A stretch of 56,728 nucleotides of DNA, counting the filler, from Catajapyx aquilonaris (Eukaryota): NCBI GenBank assembly GCA_000934665.2. It is 4 parts of 4 records of this genome, joined end to end, with 100 filler letters (N's around TTAATTAATTAA, not from the genome) between each part and the next. Parts side by side here need not be neighbours in the genome. Positions count along the whole stretch, not along the records: positions 14,205 to 28,295 come from JYFJ02007891.1; positions 28,396 to 42,559 come from JYFJ02007892.1; 2 more parts are not named here. One strand, written 5' to 3'. The position numbers and the translations under genes were made by a program. Positions 24,131 to 34,700 of this stretch are shown in pieces. Within the stretch, counting starts at the first letter, position 1. The number at the start of each line of letters is the position of its first letter. Below the pieces are notes generated by a model. That model was not told the DNA's origin and did not search any database. It saw nothing but the letters and a program-made list of their open reading frames with translations.

Positions 24131-24636
24131 CAGTTATTAGCTCTTGGTAATATATTTGTATCTCTTTAATTAATCACTCCAAGAGCCTTATACTGCATCT
24201 CATCACCATGCATAAGAAGACCTTTGCTATGTGAAACAGTTCCGTACTGAAACTTTCTTCCTTTATAAATGGCTGAATATAAATACTGACATAACATAAT
24301 TGCCTTTCTCACTTGGCACAGTACTGTAGTAGTGAATAAACATAACAGTATCCCCATTTTACCCTAACGAAATGCAGCTTTGGACTAGCCAGCAATGTGG
24401 CATCAGCAATTGAGGAATCACATTCACATCGATAATTACCATAACATAACACATACACTTTGAAAGAAAATGAGGAATTAAAAAAACAGGTGGGAATGTA
24501 CTACTTCAATGGGCAATGCCAGGATGACCTGACACCTGCATGCAGTCCCAACTTTGAAATCACCGTCGACTTTCAACAACCTGCAAGTTGTTGGTGTCCT
24601 AGAGCGTAACGTGCATGAAGGCATCAGGTTGGCAAA

Positions 24637-26550
24637 TCATATCTGATGCAAGTGCACAATGAGTTGGGGCATGTCCCTGGCAAGACCCTGCAGGACCTCC
24701 TGTGCAACCCCTGCCCTCTTCAGCAAGTAGAGGTGCTTCAGGTGCGGGGTGTGCTGCGGGATCAGTCTGAAGGCCTCCCCTGTGATGTTTAAGATCCCGT
24801 ACAGCCTGAGTGTGCGCAGTTGTGGGCACCCCCTCACCACCTTCTCCAAGCCCTTGTCTGTCACCAGATGACAGCCACCCAGATCCAAGTGGGCCAGGCG
24901 AGGGCAGTTGGCCCCAATGCGGGAGAGACACAAGTCGCTCACATGCACGCACAGGGACAGATCCAGGTGAGTCAGTGTGCCGACCAGGCCTCGGATCCCT
25001 AGTATAGTGGCCAACGCAACCCCACTCAGCTCTCCGCCCCACTGCAGGCACAGCCGTCGCAGCCCACGGATCCGCCCAATCCCCTGAAGCAGACCCCGAT
25101 CTGTCATCATATGCGCACTGCATATGTCAAGTTCACGCAGGCTTTCCCTGCAGTTGGCCAAAGCTTTGAAGGAGATGTCGTGCAGCCCTTCACCCCTCAG
25201 AACCAGCCTCTTTAACCTCCCCCCAACCTCTTCAATCAGTTGCACCACGACCCTCTCCTCTGACACGTGCAAGAGCTTGAAGAAGCCCATTTCAAGTTCC
25301 TCCAGCAGAGGGCAGCTGCGCCCCACTTCCACCAGGTCACGACCCTCAGCAGAAGTCCATTTGCTCCACAGGCTGAGGCGTCTAAGCTGTGAAAGGGATG
25401 CCACAGGGCGGTACGTGCTTCCCTTCTTCAGCTTCACTCCTTCCAGCTTCAACTGACGGAGGTTAGGGCAACCTTTGGCCACGGCAGTCAGGCACTCCTC
25501 AGTGAGCCAGAAGCACCAGCTGAGATTTAGAACTTGGAGGAAAGGACAATGCGCAGAGATACGCATCAACACGGCATGCACATCCCGACGGCACTCCAAA
25601 GTCAGGTCGCTGAGAAGGCGCGACCTGGTGACAAACTGAAGAACCTTGGACGTGGATGCAAGTGTCCCAGAAAAAGTCATGCGCCTCCAGACGAATGGAT
25701 CACGAGCCATTGCACGCCATTCGCGGCACACTGGGGATGCGCGGGTCAGGAGGTCATGCAGGCTCAGGTATGAGAGAATCTCCATCTGGATCTCCCGGGG
25801 TAGAACAGAGGAGAACAGGGAAGGTGGGGGGCTGGGTTGGAGTGGAGCATCAAGAGGGGCGGCATCCAGGCCCCCGCCCTTCCCCCGCCCTCCTCCCTGG
25901 CGCCCTCGCATCCTCTTCAAATACTGCGGCTGTGGACACCATCATGCAAAACCCCATTAGGCTATACGTCCAAATGTAAGTGGACAGAACACAACCCTTG
26001 CTTTTAAACTTGGCAAGCACACTTTTTTTTGGTCACTTCCTCCAGCTGTTAAAGTTGCCAGTTAACTCAAACCAAGGCTATTTGAAAATGTATAGAAATT
26101 GATGAAATAACCAAACCCAACCACAGGAAGGCACACCTCTGAGTGCATTTGACAACCAATTTGTGCATGGAACGACCGTTGCTGTTCCGGTGGTAATGTG
26201 GGTGTGCAATAGGTTTGATCAAGCGAGTGGATACGCACCGGCAGTGGCTGTGCGGCTTCGGCCTGAGGGTTGTTCATCAGGCGGTAGGAGCTCCTGGTGA
26301 GCCTGCGCTTGGGTAGCGGTGGCGACGAAGGTGGAGCCGACGAAGACGGCTGAGGCTCAGGCGGCTCATCTAATGCGGAGGGTGCAGGCGGCTGCTCTGG
26401 GACTGCCTCCGCACCTTCCACTGCAGCCGCTCCTTCACCCTGTGCCGCCGCAGCCTCCTCATTCTGCCCTCTCTCCTCCAGCTGGGCTTGCTCCACCTTC
26501 TCCTCCTGGCTGCTGCCTGCCTCCCCACCCCTCCTCTTCCTTCCAGACAT
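24637..26550 (-). CDS. F-box/LRR-repeat protein (FBXL-like), about 534 aa; coding exons 26550-26239 and 25929-24637
   Basis: Exon 1 MSGRKRR..PKRRLTRS (low complexity, NLS-like), donor CCG|GTGCGT; acceptor CCACAG|CCG, phase 0; F-box VLPREIQMEILSYLSLHDLL..VCREWR followed by about 11 cysteine-containing LRRs; open frame to TGA. Confidence 0.9.
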
Positions 26551-26904
26551 TCCTGTTCTCACCTGGCAGGACAATAGGCAATGCAACAATGCATCAGTGT
26601 AGTCCTCAGCCCCACCCACCCAACTACAAAAGGTGCTTGGGGGCCTCAAGCACCTTTTGTATGTGCAGCCACACATGGGCAAAAATGATCACTACTTTCA
26701 CTACACGCATTAATATAAATAAGATTACCGTCACTCGGGGTTACTTAAGCCACTTTTCTATTTCAGACATCTGCCAATTCAAGAGCATTGGTTTTAGAGA
26801 TTAACTAATTGTTGTAAAACATGGGTCTACAGTTACGGTCGGCGTATACATGGATGAAAGTTTCCTACAACATGTATGATAAAAACAACAAAAAAAGAGC
26901 TTAA

Positions 26905-28295
26905 GAGCGCGCTCTAGGCTACGCGATCCATTGTTGCGGGGAGCCCGTCATGGCCCGGCCCGTGAGTTTGACACTTCTTCCTCTCGCTGTCACGGTTGAA
27001 ACTTGAAAATATGGAGGAGGCATTCCACGTCAAGCGGGCCACCTTTCCGACAAATCTTCGAGGACTTTGACCAAATTGTAATTACATTTACTACTCATCG
27101 ACCTATGCCGGAAGCCAAAATATTATACCTCTGCGTTGCGTGGTTGCGTAACTACAGGGTGCGGAATCTACCAATTTATGCGGATTTTTGCAACGCATGC
27201 AGTCACTTGGATTACCATGACTCCCAGAGGACAAGTGCAAATTCTAAACTTGATGTATGCGTTGGATACGTATTTTAACGCTCTATAAGATGGCCATACC
27301 GATGATTAAGAGAATCAAAAATTTAAGGTCAAAAATTGGCGCTTCAATTTTGATTTTGATTTTTCTCAAACTTGGACCTTTTTGACTTTTTTTGAATGAC
27401 TCTTAAAATGAAGCTGAACATGTCTGGCCGATATTTTCGAAAACTTCCCGAGACCGAAATTGGTCTTTCTCGCGCTATAAGCCGCAACGCAACCCGTGTA
27501 CGGATTTTTGCTTAGCATGCAGTCACTTGGATTACCATAACTCCCAGAGGACAAGTGCAAATGCTAAACTTGATGTATGCGTTGGATACGTATTTTAACG
27601 CTCTATGAGATGGCCATACTGATGATTACGAGAATCAAAAATTTAAAGTCAAAAATTGGCGCTCCAATTTTGATTTTGATTTTTCTCAAACTTGGAGGTT
27701 TTTGATTTTCTTTTAAATAACTCTTAAAATGAAGCTGAACATGTCTGGCCGATATTTCCGAAAACTCCCCGAGACCGAAATTGGTCTTTCACGCGCGATA
27801 AGCCAAAACGCAAACCGTGTGCATGCACGTGGACCATCCAAGCGAATATCTATCGTTTGTACTGATCTGAAATAAATCATAAGTGACCAACAAAGAGCAA
27901 TACACTAGTACTGCATTGGACAGATCTAATCATGTCAGTGTTTGGTGTCAAATTATACTCCCACTGTACCCGGTACTTAGAGAGCGCGAGTTCTGTCATA
28001 TTAGCATACGCATAACGTAGGCACTTATGATTTATTTCAGATCAGTACAAACGATAGATATTCGCTTGGATGGTCCACGTGCATGCACACGGTTTGCGTT
28101 TTGGCTTATCGCGCGTGAACGACCAATTTCGGTCTCGGGGAGTTTTCGGAAATATCGGCCAGACATGTTCAGCTTCATTTTAAGAGTTACGTATTTAAAA
28201 AAAAATCAAAAACGTCCAAGTTTGAGAAAAATCAAAATCAAAATTGGAGCGCCAATTTTTGACTTTAAATTTTTGATTCTCGTAATCATCAGTAT
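26905..28295. mobile_element. Large foldback element with TTAA flank, about 1 kb arm and 320-bp tandem subrepeat; right arm cut by gap
   Basis: TTAA|GAGCGCGCTC start; tandem units 27181-27500 and 27501-27820; about 27616-27885 mirrored by 28022-28295. Confidence 0.85.
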
Positions 28296-28395
28296 NNNNN
28301 NNNNNNNNNNNNNNNNNNNNNNNNNNNNNNNNNNNNNNNTTAATTAATTAANNNNNNNNNNNNNNNNNNNNNNNNNNNNNNNNNNNNNNNNNNNN
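28296..28395. other. Artificial contig linker
   Basis: 44 N + TTAATTAATTAA + 44 N. Confidence 0.97.
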
Positions 28396-28702
28396 CAACT
28401 TTTACAACCTCCAAAATTTTCTGCGTCATGTGAGCAAGCGAGTGGTTTCAGCATAACATCTTTAGTGATGTAAAAAAACAAACAAAAAAAAACAAAAAAA
28501 ACAATTATATCAATTTTTGTTAATCTTATACATACTTCCCAAATTATCAAAATGTTAAGATGATTATCCCTTTAGTTGTAAAGATGTAAATTTGCATTAT
28601 GTTAAAAACCAACCAAGTAACATTGTTAGTAATAATATTTACGAAGCAACCAGTCGTCTCCCCCCAAAGGTTTGTAAAACCCACCGGGGTATAATAAATA
28701 AA

Positions 28703-28717
<15 letters not shown>

Positions 28718-28783
<66 letters not shown>
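28718..28783. repeat. (TTA)n microsatellite
   Basis: About 22 perfect TTA units, between retroelement-like tails. Confidence 0.95.
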
Positions 28784-28785
<2 letters not shown>

Positions 28786-28840
28786 ATGCTGGGGTAATGT
28801 GCTTTCGCCCCCACCTGGGGCATATCGCACGGACCTTTAT

Positions 28841-29115
28841 TGATGATGATGATACATGGAGCCTATTCATTTGAAATGCCCGGGCCCACGGTCAGGATGA
28901 CAGGAGGGGATGTGCAAGGTGCAGTGCATTTGACGCTATGGCCATTTTCAGTGAACTCCCCGGGTGGTTTAGTCTGTGGAAATACCACCCGAGACGAAGC
29001 CAGAGGTGACCCTGAACTCTGCACGAGATGAAGGGGGTGTCCCCGGGTTGGGATCGAACCCGGGACCTTAACATCCGTGGGCGCATACGTTACAGCAGCA
29101 CCACTCCGCCTCCCC
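28841..29115 (-). mobile_element. tRNA-derived SINE, family B
   Basis: B box GGTTCGATCC (+ GGATCGAACC 29051-29060), (ATC)n tail at 28841-28853; second copy nearby. Confidence 0.75.
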
Positions 29116-29459
29116 ATAACCGCTATAACTATTTCTATGCGGCTACTCGGGGATCAAAAAAAGGTAGAGTTCAAAGAACGATTCTATGCAAATTATTGCT
29201 TAGAAACCAATCTAATTAATTGATAAATTCCCAGAATTGAGCTAAGCTTCATACAATCTCTATCATTGCGCATAGATCATTTTCCAATGTAGCCGCCGGA
29301 ATATGATGTCATACTTAAAAGTCCGACAAAGCATTTGAGTATGTTATTTTTGTGGGGAATTTTGCTTGTTGTCCTTGTGAATATGGCGAAAAACCGCATT
29401 CGTGTATACGATTTATAGATTATTTGTAAAGAAATTCTCAAAGTGAGTGTCCGTCAATT

Positions 29460-29587
29460 CCACCCGAGTCGAAGCCAGAGATGGCCCAACTCTGCACGAG
29501 ATGAAGGGGGGAACCCCGGGCTGGGATCGCACCCGGGACCTTAACATCCGGGCGCATACATTACCGCAGCGCCACTCCGTTTTCCCC
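29460..29587 (-). mobile_element. 3'-truncated copy of SINE family B
   Basis: Colinear with 28985-29115 (AACTCTGCACGAGATGAAGGGG..CCCGGGACCTTAACATCCG). Confidence 0.75.
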
Positions 29588-30270
29588 AGCACCCTGTATT
29601 AACCCATCCGTTACCGCCATAAGAAATTTTTCGTGGGTGGGGTTTAATCAACCCTGACCTTGTCATCCGCCACATGTCGATGAGCCAGCAGTATTTTTTT
29701 CCTCAAGGCCAGCTTCACCAAAGCCAACCTTTGACCCACTGCTAGCTGTTGACAAGGGGCCATAGGGCGACATCTATTGCATTTTTCATGACTTCCTCCA
29801 ATGAATCACGCGAATGTAACGCGCCAAATTCAAAGTCCAGAATTGTTACATCCGTGTTTCATAGCCGTCCACTTTCGGACCAATGAGTGTCAAAAAATTC
29901 ATGGCCATCCATTACAATTTAGGAAGTAAATAGCGTAATTGAGAAATTACGCCATTAAGTTAATTGCTGTCATCTATATCAAAGATGGCTGCCATATCAT
30001 TGGGCTTTTGCTAATTACGTACTTTATTTGTAATGGTTTGCTTTTCACCATACTGCAGCTAAATGATGCCAATAATATATTATTAGCTGCAACTCCAAAA
30101 CGTGTTCATGGGTAATTTTAGCGTATTGGAAGGCAAAATAAGGCAAGCGCTGAATGCTATACAATTTTTATTGCAAGTGCATTTTTGAAGAAGACAAAAA
30201 AACTCTCTTGAAGTGAAGACATGATATCAATGTGTCATGTTACAAGAGGGTTCCTGATGTGACATATCAC

Positions 30271-31718
30271 TCATGGTGCCTTCTGTGAGTCCGTCTCCCA
30301 TGGAATTTTAATAGGGGCTTTGGGAATATTCTCAAGACGAATTTTTGAGGGGGTTGGGATGTAACTGAGCAAATTGATGATAATGTCATCGAGAGAAGTG
30401 AGTATGCTCTGGTAACCCTTGAGGAGCTCCTTGGCAGCGCCCACGTGCTTGAGCTTGTACACCTGTGAGTGGCGCTCGATGTAGGACGACACGGGGGAGA
30501 CGATTCCAGAGCATGCCACCTTCAGTCTGGGCATGTATTCTTCCATGAACATGTAGTTATATAGGGAGTAGGTCACTAGAGAAATGATTACTTTATCTTC
30601 CATATAGACCTCCTGAAGGAGCACACGAAGTTGTTCAGCCCTTTTAGCCAAGTCGCGGGAAAGATCCTCTTCAGCTATTATCTTAGCCGCCTGGAAATAG
30701 TCATCAAGGATTCATTATCAGCATCATTCGACAAGATTGCCTGCAGTACGTTTTAAGCTGAACTGAAAGAATTACATTGCTTTGAAATATCACTATATCA
30801 GTTTACAAAAAGACATAGTGCACATACTCGTAGACTACTGAAAATTATTGTAGTACCACGGTAGTCTATCTTGCAGATGCTGGTACTACAATTATTATAC
30901 AGTATAAATCCCGTTAGGCTGATTCACATTATATTACCTAACGCAATTGATTTCGATAGCGCTGACTAGCTGAGTGTAAATATACGCAATAAATCTATAT
31001 TCTCCGTCCAGCAGAGCAACCAGTAGCCGAGCATTACAGGGTGTTCCAAGTATCAGTGTCGTTTTTAGGTATTGCAAATAACCCGAAGTATAGTGATTTT
31101 TGTGTAGCCCAATTACTCCCAAGTGGTCGAATGTCAGTTGCTATTTGTTGCGATATAATAGAGCACCTGGATCGGAGCGCGATAAGCTACACAACAATAT
31201 CAGCATGCTCTGAGCGAAGTTCGTTCCTATAACTCTATTAGTGGCCGCATAATATTATAGACTATACTGTCTTGGAACGTACAGTAGCCTACCTGATATG
31301 ATTAATTTTTACAGTGCAGGGCAAGGGATGCTGGACTCTGAATAAGCGACCCTCTCCATACATTCCATGGACTCCAAATAAGTTACGTTAGGAACAGCAG
31401 TCCAGCTAACCTTCTCTTTTGGGAAAACTGTACCAAACAAAATATATTATTATGCCACGACTTTGTGCATTCCAATTACGAGTGATACGGTCGTGCGATT
31501 AAGGTAGCAGTCTTCTATTCGGAAGGAAGTTTTCCTCATATAAAAATAGTTTGTATGAGTTCTCTCAGTGTTCGCGTGGGATTTCTCTGAGTCTTGCCGT
31601 TTCCTTCCACAAACAAAATCCGTCAACAACTCAGTCAATTAATTATACATGATTAGAAGCTGGCATTTAAGAGAAGATTAACTATAAGGGCCATAGTAGG
31701 CCCATCAAGGGGTAACCG

Positions 31719-31761
<43 letters not shown>

Positions 31762-34700
31762 CCACCACCACCACCACGCACCATCATCATATTCAGCAAG
31801 TCCTATAATAATTAATAATAATAATAATTTGATACCCCATTATCAGCCTACCGGGCTTTTCTAGGGGGGGATTTCTCCCAATTTTTTGTCTGGAACTCTT
31901 CCATTTTTACTACTTTTTCTCATCGGAATGAAGCAGGGATAGGGAAGGAAGGAACCGTCTGTGGCCTATGATTACGGTAACGACCCCGGAATTATCCTGC
32001 AAGGACCATGGGAAACCACAGAAAACCATGGTCAGGGTCGCCGGCCTCCGGGATTCGAACCCAGGACCTCCCGATTAGCAGTCGGACACCCTATCCACTC
32101 CACCACTACTGCTTCGGTCAGCAAGTCCTATATACCGGGTGTTTACCGAATTCGTTTGCCAAAAAGATATGGGTGGTAGGAGGTGCATATGGAAGTAGCA
32201 TGGCATCATTGTAGGCCTACTTATTGTAACATCGGCCGATGTGCTAAAGATGCCGATGAATCTCTATACAATAATTAGGCTACCAGGAGGGACTATAGTG
32301 ATAATACTGCAGTTACCGAATGAGATCCTTAAAATATTCGATTCAAATGAAGTATTTTTACCGGTACTGTACTAAATATGCGGTGATCAGAAAATACTTT
32401 TCCGATTGCTGTTTCATTTTTTCGCATTCACTCGTCAGCTGCTCATTATGAAGCAACTACTTTGGAATGATTTATTGTTAGTTGTTATTAAATACTGGCT
32501 GCTAATATTAAGTTGCATGGACCACTCTTTTTGACAGCTGTATCATGGAGGTTTGGTCTGAACGTAGCCTGAACTATTAATAAATGGGTTCTATCAATGA
32601 CGTTCAAAATTCAACGGCATTTTTTCCAATAATTTATGCCACTCCCAAATCCCAATCATAAATTCATTGCAATTGGGGGATGTGTGGTGGCCGAGATGGT
32701 AACGTCTCGACTTGCTGAGTGGAAGGTCCCAGGTTCGATCCCCGCCTGGGAGTTCCCTTTCACCTGCGTCGGGAGGGTCTCTGACCTGAACCAAGGAGGT
32801 GTCTGGCAACGTAACCTCCTGGGGAATAGCACATGACCCCTTTTCAGACAATGCACTTGCACCCATGTTCCCTCCCCAAAAATCCATATCCTTACCCAAT
32901 GTCCTTGTTTCCCTGCACCGGAGTGAAGATAAAATTAGAAAATTGATTGAAAAATGGTGGTGTACCCCCCCCCCCCTATAGAACCCGTAAGGGTCATCAC
33001 GGGGTACAACAACAAAAAATTCGTTGCAATTAATAGCCTTGGATAGGTGCTTCAATTAGGCTTAAAATTAGCAACTAATCTGCAACTAATATTTTTGAAC
33101 ATCACTAAAAGTAACCATTCCAAAGTAACTTCTAATAAAAAGCAGCTTCGACAAAATATCAACAGAAATAGGACAAGTGTTTCTCATCACCCTGTATAAA
33201 GACATCGTCGGCATACATGAGAAATCAACTAACTTGTAAGCCCACAAATAACACCCTGTATTTGTATTTAATCCAAAGCACAGTGATCTAAAGCAAAGAT
33301 TTAGCTTGTACTTGTACTATCGGGTTCAAATACTTTTGACCACTTTATCCTGGTCTTGAAGGAACCCGTCACACACTCACTTCCTTAACGTGGGGTCTGT
33401 GCGAAGGGTTGCTTCGAGACCAGGATAAAGTGGCCAAAAGTATTTGAACCCGATAGTACCTGTTTACATGATAGAGAAGACAGAAAAGACCCTCTGGCTT
33501 GTTGGCTCATTATGAATCTTTGGGACTAAATGGACTTCACTAGACGATATAGCAAAGAAAATATGCTATTTAGTGCAGGTGCAAATTACTCGAACCCGCC
33601 GAAATTGGCTTTAGCCTACTTGTTAGTGGATTTCTCCTGCATTCCGAAGATATTAGCAACAAGTGAGTGAATCTCCGGGTGTCCAACCCTGCTTCCGTCC
33701 CCCCCCCCNCCCCCCCCCCTGAACCGTGACCTAACTCTGCTGAGCACCTACGTGTACTTCCATGACATAATTACGCGTACATCACTCAGAGGAATAGATA
33801 TAGAGGCGCTCCAACTATGATTCCTGTGACGAAATGATTAAAATAATGTGAGGGTGTAAAAAAGAAGAGAAATAGAACTGCTGCGTAATATGATGTAACG
33901 ACCTATCTCTTGAACGACCCTTCATTCGGCGCAGTAAGAACGATGCTAGATTAAATAATAATGTTCTCTTACTGGCACAAACATGCGAAGGTTATACACT
34001 GTTTCAATACTTTACCTCATTCACTAGGCCAACCACAGCACGTACGCATTTGTTAAGTTCAATCTGGGAAGATATACCCTCAAAGTTGCGCTTCTTCAGA
34101 CAAAAACTGTTGAGAAGTTCTAGAAAGTTGTCGATTCCCCTCTGGAACTCACCGGCGAACTGGCGCAGGTAGGTGATCTCATCCTCCACTGACTCTTCCA
34201 CTTTCTGAAAGATACAACCCATAAACTGCAAAATTTCGTGTCTAAAAAAATGAAAGATATATCGTAATGAAAATCGAGCGCCCTCCCACGCAGACAGTTC
34301 TTACTCCAGTAAATGCAAATGGGTTATCCTATTAACTCACTTCCATGGGGTTTCACTTAGTAGAAAAGTTGCAAGTGGGAATGTGCATGGAAATATAGGC
34401 TACAGTTCACATACTGGGGTTCCCCTACCCCTTGGATTGACGAAGTGGAAAAATAATAATTATTATAAAGTTTGAGGCAAAAAGTGAGCAAAAATTAGAA
34501 AATATACAACTGTAAACTATGGAGGATTCAGAGGCCAAAAAAGTGATGCATTCTTGTGTGATTTTCCATCAGTGAAGGTCTATTTTCATATCTGCGAATT
34601 GTCAAAAAATCGCGGCGAATTTGGCTTTTCACGCGCGTGCGAATCGCAAGGGGTATTGTTGGCAACAATAAATGAAAACACCCATTGCTATTCGCACGCG

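Noticed and set aside
28592..28830. Poly-Leu/Ile/Asn ORFs
   Set aside because: Translations of the (TTA)n microsatellite.
29599..30115. piggyBac MITE (TTAA CCCAT ... ATGGG TAA)
   Set aside because: Only 5 bp of terminal match and no right-hand TTAA.
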